From a virus (lineage: Duplodnaviria > Caudoviricetes), in IMG/VR virus record IMGVR_UViG_2030936005_000025, positions 160,001 through 224,000 of that record: 64,000 bases of DNA; one strand, 5' to 3'. Shown here piece by piece: positions 20,709-31,123 of this stretch (positions within the stretch are counted from its first letter, which is position 1; every line of letters begins with the position of its first letter). Made by a program: the position numbers and the translations under genes. Under the pieces are notes generated by a model. The model did not search any database. It saw only the letters and a program-made list of their open reading frames with translations, and was not told where the DNA came from.

Positions 20709-20746
20709 GGGGGCAAAAGCCCTGGATAAACCAGGGCCTCCTTTTA

Positions 20747-21697
20747 TTACAACATGCCGTCGTCAGAGACGTTAGCGCCGAATGGGTTTTCGCCACGGTT
20801 GGTGAACTGACCCGCCAGCTCATCGGTCTTAACCTGTTTCTCGTTGATCATCTTCTTCAACGATTCCAGGGTATCGCCATGATCCAGCACTGCGTGCATG
20901 CCGGTATTGCGACCGTGGAAGGATGGACCGAACACGCCAGCTTTACGGTACAACATGTTCTGGAATGGCACGCGAACATCGTCCGGCGATGAGAACAGGC
21001 TGATCGCTGCAACCGGTTTGGACTTGTACTTACCGAGATCGTCATCAGTCAGGAACGTCAACTGAGTCATGATCGGATCTGCTTTGACCACGTCGGTATA
21101 GTAGAAGAAGTTTTTCACGTCCTGTTCGTCGATGCTGTCGTTTTCCAGACTGAACATTGTGATCGCGTTATCGATACGGCCGCAAGCAGCTGCATTGATT
21201 TCGCCGTGCGTGGTATCCTGCGTGTTCTCCAGATAAGAGAAGATCACCGGATGACCCAGTTTGACCTGACCGTACAGTGAACCCAGTGTTTCCACGGTGT
21301 TGCTCTGCTCGTTAAAGCTTGAGATATCACCAATTACCAGAGCCAATACTGGGATCTTGCGTTCCAGCAGACGGCGAACAATCCATGGACCCAGAGACGC
21401 ACCGGTACCGCCACCTGTTGAGAAGATGACGATGTTGACTTTGTTTGGCTCATACTTGGCCAGCATGGCGCGAGAGAAGTCAGACCATTTATCTTTGTGG
21501 GTATGGCGGAAACCGCCGGAGCCGGATGCACCTTCCAGACGCTCTAACGGATACAGTCCGTCAGTAACGTTGTCGGCATCAGAGCTGTCAAAGCCAACCA
21601 ATGTGTCCACATGTTTACCGTTCTTACCGTCTTTCAGATAACGGTTCAGAACTTTGATTGCTGCACCACCAACTGCATAGATGTTAAAGTCTTTCAT
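20747..21697 (-). CDS. phuZ: phage tubulin PhuZ
   Basis: AVGGAA, GSGG and the tubulin signature GGGTGAS; C-terminus DDGML resembles the PhuZ tail. Confidence 0.95.
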   Translation of the reverse strand: MKDFNIYAVGGAAIKVLNRYLKDGKNGKHVDTLVGFDSSDADNVTDGLYPLERLEGASGSGGFRHTHKDKWSDFSRAMLAKYEPNKVNIVIFSTGGGTGASLGPWIVRRLLERKIPVLALVIGDISSFNEQSNTVETLGSLYGQVKLGHPVIFSYLENTQDTTHGEINAAACGRIDNAITMFSLENDSIDEQDVKNFFYYTDVVKADPIMTQLTFLTDDDLGKYKSKPVAAISLFSSPDDVRVPFQNMLYRKAGVFGPSFHGRNTGMHAVLDHGDTLESLKKMINEKQVKTDELAGQFTNRGENPFGANVSDDGML

Positions 21698-21829
21698 TTC
21701 TTTTCCTTTAAGGTAAAGTTACTTCATCAGTTGCGTAAAGCTCCAAATCCTTCTTTACGCCATTTAATCGTCTATATGATAGAACGATCAGTATTACTTA
21801 AATAAATCGCTTAGGATCGATTACAGAGC

Positions 21830-22225
21830 TTATTCAAGTATCTGACACAGGATGTTTTCTGTCTCATCATGAAGCCACTCTAAAACACCGTCCATCAGTT
21901 CCTGTTCAGTTTCTGCGAACAGAGGTTGATCGAGTTGGATCCCAATACCCAGCGGAGCAGGCATGAATTCAAACCCGTCTTTGATGATCGGCTTACTGGT
22001 AAAGGTCGCTTGAGTGCGTACCAGGAAATTACCTGGACCGGCTTCATCAACCGGATAGACAACCACAGAAACAGTCAGGTTCAGTTCCGCTTCAGTCAGG
22101 CGGATAGCAAAACCCTGCATGTCTTCGATGTTAAACCAGTTTGGAATTGGTTTACCCTGGCTGGCTTTACAAATAGACCGAATCTTATTTTCGGCGTACT
22201 GCATCACGGCGCTAGTTACTGACAT
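21830..22225 (-). CDS. hypothetical protein
   Basis: 131-aa ORF with RBS. Confidence 0.7.
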   Translation of the reverse strand: MSVTSAVMQYAENKIRSICKASQGKPIPNWFNIEDMQGFAIRLTEAELNLTVSVVVYPVDEAGPGNFLVRTQATFTSKPIIKDGFEFMPAPLGIGIQLDQPLFAETEQELMDGVLEWLHDETENILCQILE

Positions 22226-22607
22226 ACATGTCCTCTACTTTCTGAAGTTTCTCAACAAAGGTCGGAATGACTTTTGTTTTCAGGATTTCAACGATATCTT
22301 TATAAGCAATGAACTCATGCTTTTTAAAGAAGGTAATGGATTCACGTTCTCGGGGTTTCAGGAAGCTGATACCGTAAGACACGTTCTTATCCGTTCGGGT
22401 TAAGTCAATCTCAACAAAGCAAACAAAGACTTCGTTTTTGGTAGACTTATATCGGAAACTGGTAAACAGTCCTTTACGATCACCCGGATTCAAAACCTTA
22501 ATGAAATACACATTACGATATGGCTTCGGCACATTGCGAAAAGCAGCATCGAGCAGGATTTCATTTACGAGGTCTTTTAATTGCATACTTGCCTCCTGAC
22601 TTCTCAA
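22212..22607 (-). CDS. hypothetical protein
   Basis: ORF; start possibly at MQLKDL. Confidence 0.65.
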   Translation of the reverse strand: MRSQEASMQLKDLVNEILLDAAFRNVPKPYRNVYFIKVLNPGDRKGLFTSFRYKSTKNEVFVCFVEIDLTRTDKNVSYGISFLKPRERESITFFKKHEFIAYKDIVEILKTKVIPTFVEKLQKVEDMYVSN

Positions 22608-23022
22608 TCAGGTTGATCAAATCAACATTCGCATCCACAATGACATTGATCAGTGCATTGATCCCGTTTGTATCAAGAACAGCGATATCAGGATTAATAA
22701 CAACAGGGACTTCACCACCACTGAACTTTAGGTTGAGTCCTCCTGTCCTCTTATCATTCGTTTCTCGATAAATGATTTCCAGGATATCGATAGGATAACG
22801 ATCAGGATTTCCGATTGCCGAAATCTGGAAGTTATGAGAATTCCCATCAATGTGTCGGAGCTTATCATATTCATCAGTGATGATGAAAATATGTTTCATG
22901 TCCTTTCGCTGGAAATTCCTTCTTAACTGAACGGGATGATGGCCATCTGTTTGTAGCCACTGGAATATATCCGAGATCACTGCATAAATAGTTACCTTTA
23001 CAAGTTCACGCCGATTGTCCAT
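22561..23022 (-). CDS. hypothetical protein
   Basis: Start revised to MDNRR, downstream of the promoter at 23058. Confidence 0.65.
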   Translation of the reverse strand: MDNRRELVKVTIYAVISDIFQWLQTDGHHPVQLRRNFQRKDMKHIFIITDEYDKLRHIDGNSHNFQISAIGNPDRYPIDILEIIYRETNDKRTGGLNLKFSGGEVPVVINPDIAVLDTNGINALINVIVDANVDLINLIEKSGGKYAIKRPRK

Positions 23023-23057
23023 GTTATAAAAAACCTTCTGTATAAGTGTACATGATG

Positions 23058-23074
23058 ATAATATTTGTTTGAAA
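23058..23074 (-). promoter_or_regulatory. early-type promoter motif
   Basis: Minus strand TTTCAAACAAATATTAT. Confidence 0.5.
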
Positions 23075-23129
23075 TTATTTAAGCTCGCCATAATTGAGAG
23101 CAGGGTTTCCCCCACTCTCAAATGCATCT

Positions 23130-24902
23130 TTATTTCGCTTCAGTCTTTAATTGCAGATAACGTGTTTGGATATTTGGTTTTGTATCCGTTCCCATATTAA
23201 CTTTGATTGCAAGGTGACCATTCTCAACCTTACCTTTCAAAATCAAGTTACCGTCATTGGTAACACCTACACCTGCATTATGACCCATTGACCATTGCTC
23301 AAGAATATCAACCGATCCTGTTACTGTAGTGATGTCAGCAATCTGTTTGATATCTGGAGTGAAGTAATAAGACACACCGGCTTCGTAACGAGTTTTGGAA
23401 GTCGCAGTGATCATTGGAATAACGTTTCTGGTGTATGGTTTCAACTGCACATAGACCATTACCTTTCCAGCCGCTACTTTCACATACTTGGCTGCTAAGA
23501 CAGGGCTTGATCCAACAGGTTGAAGTGTCGCACCTACTCCGCCGTTCTGAAGAAGATGAATACGAATCAAGGTATTACCGCCACCTTGTCTTACACCATC
23601 AACGTCATCAAGAGCAGTGCCTGTAGAAAGAATGTTTCCACAGCCAACCATGTTGATATCGAGACTGTCTCCTTCCTCAGACATGTAGAACATACCGAGT
23701 TGGAACCAAGCCAGACCATTGGTCATGTTGGTCATCTTGTAACGCGACATCAATGTACCCGGTTCCAATGAACGTTCGACATAAACCCCATATGGGTTGA
23801 TATCAACACGACCACGTTCCCATTCACTTAACCACTGATCTGAATCATCGCGAGTATAGTCAATGCCTGACAGGTTACCCTGGATGTTCTTATTGATCTC
23901 AGTTAACTGAGCACAAGACACTTTCAACTGTGAGTTACAGTCTTCCATGCTGAGGTTTTCAATTGTCCAGTGACCACCGCTCAACGTACCTGGGTTATCA
24001 CTGTGTTCAATCCAACCGTTGCGAATAAGTGCTTGAGTACAACGCTGAAGATCAAAGACTTTCCCAACACGATGGTTCTGGATGTTAAAGTTAGTCAGCT
24101 CTAACGCAGTAGAGTGATTCCAGCTTCCTTTGGCTTGATCAGACCATCCACCGACAATTACATCACCCGTACACTGACTGGTATAGAACTGATCGATCTT
24201 ACTGTCCAGGGTATCTAATAGACTGATGCACTTTCCACCGATCTTGTTGAACTTAATACAACGTCCATTGAAATACTGACCGCCGGCAACATTGTTACGG
24301 AAGATACCTTTCTTGTTGGGTTTATCAACAGTACTTACACCTTCAAATATAATGTTGCTGATTTCTACCCAACGATGTTTGACATCGATCAGGAATTCTT
24401 CAACAGGCTGACCTTTGTCATCAACCGGACCTGTATCAGTTACAATAAAGGTACTGGCAAAATAACCAAAGTTGACAGGAGGGCCTGAGATACGGAAATA
24501 ACTGGACTCTGTTAGCATGCTGAGTTTAGACAAGAATAATTTACCTGAAGGGAGTTGAATACCAAGCCCTGGGTAATTACTAAATGTCCACTTATGCATA
24601 GCCAATGCAGCATCGGCGATATCTGTCTTGCCGTCAGCAATTGCACCAAACTCAAGAACAGTAAGTTTGGATGGATCACTAACAACACGTTCCCAATAGT
24701 AATCTTTACCGTGAGCGATGATACCACCGTCACTGTACTTCTGTACTACGTTTCTGTTTACCAAGTAACCGATGAAATATCCACCACCGACATTCGTTCC
24801 TTCGTTCCAGCCAGTCAACAGAACCCTCTGTCCTTGTTCCGTGGGTTTGGTTGCTTTGAGTGCTGCATACGACGATATCAGAGTTACCTCAGTACTTGAC
24901 AT
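23130..24902 (-). CDS. amsF: AmsF-like beta-helix protein (exopolysaccharide-related, possibly virion depolymerase)
   Basis: Collinear motifs recalled from Erwinia AmsF: FGAIADGKTD, FRISG..VNFGYF, RWVEISN, SLLDTLD.KIDQ, HSTA.EL.NFN, GWIEH. Confidence 0.8.
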   Translation of the reverse strand: MSSTEVTLISSYAALKATKPTEQGQRVLLTGWNEGTNVGGGYFIGYLVNRNVVQKYSDGGIIAHGKDYYWERVVSDPSKLTVLEFGAIADGKTDIADAALAMHKWTFSNYPGLGIQLPSGKLFLSKLSMLTESSYFRISGPPVNFGYFASTFIVTDTGPVDDKGQPVEEFLIDVKHRWVEISNIIFEGVSTVDKPNKKGIFRNNVAGGQYFNGRCIKFNKIGGKCISLLDTLDSKIDQFYTSQCTGDVIVGGWSDQAKGSWNHSTALELTNFNIQNHRVGKVFDLQRCTQALIRNGWIEHSDNPGTLSGGHWTIENLSMEDCNSQLKVSCAQLTEINKNIQGNLSGIDYTRDDSDQWLSEWERGRVDINPYGVYVERSLEPGTLMSRYKMTNMTNGLAWFQLGMFYMSEEGDSLDINMVGCGNILSTGTALDDVDGVRQGGGNTLIRIHLLQNGGVGATLQPVGSSPVLAAKYVKVAAGKVMVYVQLKPYTRNVIPMITATSKTRYEAGVSYYFTPDIKQIADITTVTGSVDILEQWSMGHNAGVGVTNDGNLILKGKVENGHLAIKVNMGTDTKPNIQTRYLQLKTEAK

Positions 24903-24984
24903 GCTAAACTCCTATTTCTAATTGCAGGTGATGTGTAACTTATGCTACACATATTATAAATGACAAAAATAAATAGAAGAATAA

Positions 24985-25014
24985 ACTCCTACTACCCGAT
25001 TGGGTAGTAGGAGT
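24985..25014 (-). terminator. intrinsic terminator
   Basis: actcctactaccc-gatt-gggtagtaggagt. Confidence 0.75.
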
Positions 25015-25021
25015 AGATGGA

Positions 25022-26581
25022 TTAACGACCGTGCAGTGGATTCCGTTTCGACTGATGAGGATTCTCAAGAGCAACGCGACGCATTGACTGGAATTTGCGG
25101 AATGCTTCATCCTGCGTCATCTGACCACCTGCTTCAGCGATCTGACGGAATGCACGAGGTTGTTTACCATCTGGCTTAGTGTGACTGTACATGAAACGAG
25201 TATGGGTAGGTGTCCAGACCATTTTGTATTCACAGAAGAAATTACCATTCACATCGTTGATAATAAACTTCTGATTAATAACAACATTGGAAGTTGTTTC
25301 AATCTCCGTTGCAGTTGGCTTTGGTTCAAAATGATTAGTGAGGAACTTGATCATCCCAGAGAAGTCAAATGGACGTTGCTGACGCTGCTTACCCAGATTA
25401 GGGTCGACATTCAGGAATGAGATTCGACCTTCCAGCGCTGGGTCAATACCAATGATTAAATCAACGACACGCTGTTGATGTTCATGGAGTCCTTCACCAT
25501 GTACCGGGCAAGCTGGATCTTCGCATTTAGCTTCGGACAGGAATGGGAAGTCAAATCCGCGAACGATATTCTCAGATGAGAAATTTTCCTGTTCTGGTTT
25601 ACGAGATTCCTTTTTAACCATACTCTCCAGCAGTGCTGGGTTAATACCGAACATTTTAACCATGGCTACTTTCATGATTTCTTTGTTGATAATATCTTCG
25701 TTCAGTACTTCGCCTTTGGCTTGGCGATGAACCAGGTCAGCCCACAGATCTGGATGAACTTCTTTAATAATGTCCAGATATTTACCCATGCCTTTGTCTT
25801 CCTTAACTTCTTCTTTTGGTTGAGTGGAAACTTGAGGTGCCGGTTGAGCAATAGCCTCATCAAGCAGATCGTCGATAATCATACCGCGTTTACGGGGATC
25901 TGCCTTTTCAAACTTATCCCAGTCATGTGGCATGATCAGTATGTTACGGCAGATTTTCTCTTGGTCTAAAGAGCGATGAATGATTGATTTGATGGTGGCT
26001 TTGGTATTTACTGGATCACCGCTTTCACCTTTAACCAGGCTGACCATTGAGTTCCAGATCATGGAACACTCTTGAGAAAAGCGGGTTGATTCAGAATCGA
26101 ACTGAATCACAGACTGGGTCAGATGTTCAGTACCCATGAAGTGGACAAAACGTTCTTGACCTTCATAGATGGTTTGTTGACCCCATACCTGAAACCCTTC
26201 TTTCTTTTCTTCTGACACTTTTTGTTCCTTGTTTTCAGTTAACTTAGTAATGGTTTTCTCAATGACACGTGCCAGACTTTTGACTTCGTGTGCCTTGAAT
26301 TTCTTACATGCTTCTTTCCAGATATCGATCACGCGATATCCGCGGACTTCAGGAAGACCCTGAATGAATTCAACAGAAATGAGATCGGTTGCGATAGTGA
26401 TATTTTTGTCATCGCCTTGCAGGAAACCTGTTTCAACGACATCGAAGTTTGCCATGATGTCTTTGATCAAAGCTTCACGTTTAATATCGGTACCGCTCAG
26501 ACCATATTCAGAGAAGTCGATGATCAGTGGACAGTTAACAACAACTTCGACTACATGGCGTTTAGTATCTTCGAGTTTCAT
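25022..26581 (-). CDS. hypothetical protein
   Basis: 519-aa ORF with a GGAGA RBS; contains CEDPACPVH. Confidence 0.8.
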   Translation of the reverse strand: MKLEDTKRHVVEVVVNCPLIIDFSEYGLSGTDIKREALIKDIMANFDVVETGFLQGDDKNITIATDLISVEFIQGLPEVRGYRVIDIWKEACKKFKAHEVKSLARVIEKTITKLTENKEQKVSEEKKEGFQVWGQQTIYEGQERFVHFMGTEHLTQSVIQFDSESTRFSQECSMIWNSMVSLVKGESGDPVNTKATIKSIIHRSLDQEKICRNILIMPHDWDKFEKADPRKRGMIIDDLLDEAIAQPAPQVSTQPKEEVKEDKGMGKYLDIIKEVHPDLWADLVHRQAKGEVLNEDIINKEIMKVAMVKMFGINPALLESMVKKESRKPEQENFSSENIVRGFDFPFLSEAKCEDPACPVHGEGLHEHQQRVVDLIIGIDPALEGRISFLNVDPNLGKQRQQRPFDFSGMIKFLTNHFEPKPTATEIETTSNVVINQKFIINDVNGNFFCEYKMVWTPTHTRFMYSHTKPDGKQPRAFRQIAEAGGQMTQDEAFRKFQSMRRVALENPHQSKRNPLHGR

Positions 26582-26636
26582 TTCTTTTCTCCAACATAAA
26601 TAAGAAAGGGAACCGTTTGGTTCCCCTGGAATAGGT

Positions 26637-27146
26637 TTACTGACCGACGTGCTTGTTCATTAAGAACTGAAGCGGAAGACGAGTGACTGTTTCCAGTCCG
26701 AACTTGTCATCGACATAGCAGCAGGTCATGTGAATAGGTTCCAGTGTTTCAAGGAACAGCTGATCAACCTTGGAACTGTGAATGGTGACATTCAGGCTAT
26801 TTGCCAGATTCACATCAAACAGTTCGGAGTTATTCAGATACGGGCAATTCAGCTTGACATTGCGCAGCGTTAAACCACCTTCAAGTATAGGTGCATCATC
26901 ATCCTTAAACGTGATGAGGTTATCATTTCCGATCAAGGTCAAGGACAATTTACCTTTGTCCAGTTTGTCGGTCAGTTCATTCGCCAGCTCAACGAGGGGA
27001 TCCATCGTATCATCAGTAATAGACTCGGCCCAAGCTTGTGTAACAGAATGACGGATCAACAGGGAGCCATCAGTATTGGTGTCCAGAACTTTGATTGTGC
27101 CTGCGGTGTAACCTTTACCTAAAATGACAACGTGTTTGTTTGGCAT
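26637..27146 (-). CDS. hypothetical protein
   Basis: 169-aa ORF with RBS. Confidence 0.7.
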   Translation of the reverse strand: MPNKHVVILGKGYTAGTIKVLDTNTDGSLLIRHSVTQAWAESITDDTMDPLVELANELTDKLDKGKLSLTLIGNDNLITFKDDDAPILEGGLTLRNVKLNCPYLNNSELFDVNLANSLNVTIHSSKVDQLFLETLEPIHMTCCYVDDKFGLETVTRLPLQFLMNKHVGQ

Positions 27147-27219
27147 AATGATTCTCTCTAAACTAATAAAAGAAGTAACCCTCCAGTGACGGAGGGTTAC
27201 GTTTAAGGGTGTGTATCAG

Positions 27220-27678
27220 TTAGCCTGCGATAACAGGTGCGGCAAAGCGATGCAGTTCAGCCAGCATACGTTCTACACGTTTGTAGATGCGTTGTTCCTG
27301 GACCGATTCGACAGTGCAGTCAACAACGTGATGTTCAACTACATAGCTTGACTGTGGATCAGTAATCCACAGACCCATGCGCAGACTGTACATGTCGTCG
27401 CCAATTGGGATCAGTGTCAGACGAACAACAATTGGACGATTGATCTGAAGCAGATCAACAGTTTGGCTGATTTTCAGCTCTTTATGAAGAGAGCTTAATT
27501 TGAGCTCACCTTCTTCCAACCCTTCCATACCCAGAGCAGAGCTTTCACCGATACAGGTGCGCAGTTGGGCACTGACTGCATTACGCACAGTACCAAAAGG
27601 ACTGCTTGCCAGTTCGGTGATATCAGCAGCATTGAGTTCAGGGAGCAGGAGGGTAAGACGTTGTTGCAAGTTAAGCAT
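27220..27678 (-). CDS. hypothetical protein
   Basis: 152-aa ORF with a GAGG RBS. Confidence 0.7.
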   Translation of the reverse strand: MLNLQQRLTLLLPELNAADITELASSPFGTVRNAVSAQLRTCIGESSALGMEGLEEGELKLSSLHKELKISQTVDLLQINRPIVVRLTLIPIGDDMYSLRMGLWITDPQSSYVVEHHVVDCTVESVQEQRIYKRVERMLAELHRFAAPVIAG

Positions 27679-27686
27679 GACTACCT

Positions 27687-28133
27687 CTATACAGGTTGGT
27701 TACGAAAATAAGACATATGGTTATGTGAAACCCGCTTTGGTAATGCATCGTAATTACATTCATCGAACGATACCATACCAAACTGTGTGACACCCATAAA
27801 TGCCAGGGTGGAATTACGAATCTTACATCTCGGTTTCAGAGAAATGAAATGCAGATTACCATTTTCGATCTGAGGGTCATAAAGATGGCATGAACTTAAA
27901 CACACATCACCCTTCAGTGAAAATCCCTTTTGTTCAAGTATAGTGTTATACCCGAACAGTCGCAAATTGAGTTCACCGGAATTAAGAGCAGTCTCTAAAT
28001 CATTCCAAGCTTCATAAGCCGGGCTAATCTCCGGCTTACCCAAAGGCTTAAAGGAAATATGCAGAGACCCACTGTTCTCCAGATCATCAATTACTAATGT
28101 ACCCTTACTAACAGCAAATTGCAATCTCTGCAT
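27687..28133 (-). CDS. hypothetical protein
   Basis: 148-aa ORF with a GAGG RBS. Confidence 0.7.
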   Translation of the reverse strand: MQRLQFAVSKGTLVIDDLENSGSLHISFKPLGKPEISPAYEAWNDLETALNSGELNLRLFGYNTILEQKGFSLKGDVCLSSCHLYDPQIENGNLHFISLKPRCKIRNSTLAFMGVTQFGMVSFDECNYDALPKRVSHNHMSYFRNQPV

Positions 28134-28144
28134 AATAACCTCAC

Positions 28145-28402
28145 TTACTCTTGGTCAGCATAACGTTGCTTATTACGAATATCAGAAAAGAGTTCACCGT
28201 GATTTTTACGCGGTTTATTACAACACCAACCATCACAACTCTTAGGTGTCACAGCAACCCTACCGATAACTCTCTTATCAGTTTGAGTTCCCACTTCACG
28301 ACCAATGAGTGTATAGCCAGCCGCATAATAGCGGGTGCAGTTCTTTTTCTTCAATGCGAGTTTGTCACGACGATAAGCACGAGTACGAGCCATAATAAAC
28401 AT
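28145..28402 (-). CDS. small basic Cys-containing protein
   Basis: RTRAYRR...TPKSCDGWCCNKPRK, a pattern common in small phage proteins. Confidence 0.65.
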   Translation of the reverse strand: MFIMARTRAYRRDKLALKKKNCTRYYAAGYTLIGREVGTQTDKRVIGRVAVTPKSCDGWCCNKPRKNHGELFSDIRNKQRYADQE

Positions 28403-28477
28403 TCCGAGTTACGGGACCGACAACATGCCGGCCCCTTCTTAGTTTTTCGGAATGGCGTGCTGATCTCAGCTTTTTGA

Positions 28478-28801
28478 TCATGCGGTTAATGTTACCTTAC
28501 GTTTGTAATCGGCGATAAAACGAGGATGAGTGACGATGCGATAACCGCCAGCCGGCGTCAGTCCCAGTACAACTTTGTTGAGAGAGACACCGTTGATGAT
28601 GACTTCGAGAATCATCTTGGTCAGATTACGATTGAACCCCCACACTTTAGTGCTCAGGATTTCATCGTGACTGTGCAGTACACGTTCAGTGGTGTGACCC
28701 AGTGAAGAGGTGCCGTTGTTAACACTTGCTACCGCAGCTTGTTCAACCAACTGAATAAGCTTTGAGTCGGTAATGCTGGAATGCAGATATTTCTTTGGCA
28801 T
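28478..28801 (-). CDS. hypothetical protein
   Basis: ORF coupled to the upstream gene (TAATG). Confidence 0.7.
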   Translation of the reverse strand: MPKKYLHSSITDSKLIQLVEQAAVASVNNGTSSLGHTTERVLHSHDEILSTKVWGFNRNLTKMILEVIINGVSLNKVVLGLTPAGGYRIVTHPRFIADYKRKVTLTA

Positions 28802-29541
28802 TAGTTCAATGTCCAGGAGAAGCCTTTCTCGGTCAGGCCGAGGGCGATTAACGTGATGATACCCAGATCAAGGTAACGCTGACAGATCTTGACTTCAGGG
28901 TTGTTAGGATCTTTGTGACGAGGTAATGCATTGTAACTGACGTCACGTTTAATCAACACCAAATTACCCGGTTCTTTGGCTTCAGGATGTGGAGCCAGGA
29001 CATCAACAGAGTAACCGAATTCATCCCACTGCGCTTCGATCATCCCATCGAAGTGATCACGGATTGCATCGAACTGGCTTTCACTGTTCCACAAAGCAAT
29101 GCGATCATGCAGCCCATGGAAGTACCAATGCGTCGCCATACCGCCAACGATATGTTCCAGTAGTTGCTGAGCAACCATTTCCACTGAAGGATCTTTCAAA
29201 GCATCTTCCGGTGACTTATCCAGATCTTCCTGCTGGAAAGTAATGGCCCATGGCTTCCCATTAAGGAAAGTTGTTGCAGTACCAACTGGACGATTACGCC
29301 AGGCTTTACGGTCAGTGATCTTCTTCCCATCAGTTAACGCATCGAGTGGGTTACGAGCTACGTTGAACTCAAAGAGTTCGAACTCACCGGTATTTTGATC
29401 TGTGATCAACTTGTACGTTTTCTTGAAACCGTTCGTTTCTTTGAAAGTACTGACGACATCATAAATGACATCTTTGACCATTGCAGTAAGTGCAGGCTGA
29501 AGTCGCATAGCCTGTTGGAGGGTGTAATGTACCTTACTCAT
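28801..29541 (-). CDS. hypothetical protein
   Basis: 246-aa ORF. Confidence 0.75.
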   Translation of the reverse strand: MSKVHYTLQQAMRLQPALTAMVKDVIYDVVSTFKETNGFKKTYKLITDQNTGEFELFEFNVARNPLDALTDGKKITDRKAWRNRPVGTATTFLNGKPWAITFQQEDLDKSPEDALKDPSVEMVAQQLLEHIVGGMATHWYFHGLHDRIALWNSESQFDAIRDHFDGMIEAQWDEFGYSVDVLAPHPEAKEPGNLVLIKRDVSYNALPRHKDPNNPEVKICQRYLDLGIITLIALGLTEKGFSWTLN

Positions 29542-29858
29542 TTAATTTCCTTTATGCGGAGTTTCATGAAAGCTTCTGTAAGATCCTTGATCAATTTACT
29601 TTCTACTTTCTTTTTGAGAAGGGAATCGTTACTGAGTATGAATGGATCAATGCGTTTGTCATTAATCGCTCCAGCTATCTCAATACGATCATCGTTATAA
29701 AGAGGGAGAAGTCCGGTACTGTATAACGCGATAGAATAATTGTCATCAAGCTTTCCCTTCTTAAAGAAAGCCCGATCTAATTCTTCCGTTACTACTTTCG
29801 TTAATACAATCTCAACGAACTTCTCTATCCGGGGTTGATGCTTCTTGGGTACCGGCAT
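29538..29858 (-). CDS. hypothetical protein
   Basis: ORF in the operon. Confidence 0.7.
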   Translation of the reverse strand: MPVPKKHQPRIEKFVEIVLTKVVTEELDRAFFKKGKLDDNYSIALYSTGLLPLYNDDRIEIAGAINDKRIDPFILSNDSLLKKKVESKLIKDLTEAFMKLRIKEIK

Positions 29859-29870
29859 TAAAAGGTTAAC

Positions 29871-30419
29871 TTAAAGAGCGATGTCGTGGGTGATTAAATC
29901 AGCCAGGAGATAGTCACCGAACAATTTCAGAGTGCGACGCATCAGTTCGTGTGATGAGGTCATTAACTCTGGATCGATTGACAATTCTGTATTGGCTGCT
30001 TCTTCCAGTGCATAAAGCACGTTGTTGGGATTGGCAGTTTGTGCAATCATCAGTCGACGTGAATCAACATCACAATGGAACTTCACTGTCAGGCCAATCA
30101 CTGAATCGTGACTGACATTGGTGGTGATTCCGTTGAACATGTCTTCGATGTTTCCTGCTTCATCTGCTTTATCAACAGCCAGTTTGATTAGCAGTTCAGC
30201 GACTGCATGATGGATTTGAGTATTCGGGATTGAATAAATATCCTTATCGAAATAGAAATCATTGATTACCCAATGTGCATCCAAGGTATTACGAACAAAC
30301 TTGATCGTCAGTTCTTCACCAACGCCCGCATCGATAATGTAAGAACCATTTTCGATATTAGTCAGTGAAGCAAGTAGCGCCCCACTGATCTTTTCTACTA
30401 AAGCAGCATTAAGCAGCAT
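29871..30419 (-). CDS. hypothetical protein
   Basis: ORF with RBS. Confidence 0.7.
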   Translation of the reverse strand: MLLNAALVEKISGALLASLTNIENGSYIIDAGVGEELTIKFVRNTLDAHWVINDFYFDKDIYSIPNTQIHHAVAELLIKLAVDKADEAGNIEDMFNGITTNVSHDSVIGLTVKFHCDVDSRRLMIAQTANPNNVLYALEEAANTELSIDPELMTSSHELMRRTLKLFGDYLLADLITHDIAL

Positions 30420-30431
30420 GTCAACTTGTCC

Positions 30432-30992
30432 TTAAATAACGAAAGGTTTGAAATCATTGAAGCTCATATGAGCCGCAATAGTTTTAGGAATGCACAGAGC
30501 AGGGGACAGCGGGAACTCACCATTAGAGAACTCACGCAGTTCGACAGGTTTGCCATTCTGATCTTTGATCAAGATACCATTGGTATCTAAGCTAACTGAA
30601 TACCCGCCTGGCAGCTCTAGTGTGGTTGGTTTGACACGACGGTTGCTTACCGCGCTGATCAGTTTCATCAGAGAGAAATCGGCGAGTAATGCATTGTCAT
30701 ACAGTGCATCGATACTGCGTTGTAACAGTGTGTTATACAACGCTTCAGAGTTCTGCTTGATGTCAAACAGTTGGTCAGCAGTAACTTTGTCACGATAGAC
30801 AATGCAGTTTGCTACTTTACCGATAATGATGATCTTGTCTTCCAAGCCGGGTTTGAGTTCAACTTCCACGTCGACACCGCCGGTCAACAGAATTGGATGG
30901 TTACCCTTTTTAGTTTCCGGGGTAACGTTCATCAGAAAGGAAGTGATAGAGCGAGCAGCTTGTTCAATGATCAGTTTAGAGATAACGGCCAT
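30432..30992 (-). CDS. hypothetical protein
   Basis: First ORF after the promoter at 31035. Confidence 0.7.
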   Translation of the reverse strand: MAVISKLIIEQAARSITSFLMNVTPETKKGNHPILLTGGVDVEVELKPGLEDKIIIIGKVANCIVYRDKVTADQLFDIKQNSEALYNTLLQRSIDALYDNALLADFSLMKLISAVSNRRVKPTTLELPGGYSVSLDTNGILIKDQNGKPVELREFSNGEFPLSPALCIPKTIAAHMSFNDFKPFVI

Positions 30993-31034
30993 GATTAATG
31001 TTCCTTGGGTTAAAAAGGTTAGAGTTTATACATA

Positions 31035-31051
31035 GTAATAATGTCTAGCTA
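31035..31051 (-). promoter_or_regulatory. early-type promoter motif (degenerate)
   Basis: Minus strand TAGCTAGACATTATTAC. Confidence 0.4.
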
Positions 31052-31089
31052 AAAAATAATGTAGATGAAAAAAGAAAATAGATAATAGA

Positions 31090-31117
31090 CCTCTACTACC
31101 TAATCAGGTAGTAGAGG
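31090..31117 (-). terminator. intrinsic terminator
   Basis: cctctactacct-aatc-aggtagtagagg. Confidence 0.75.
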
Positions 31118-31123
31118 AATAAA

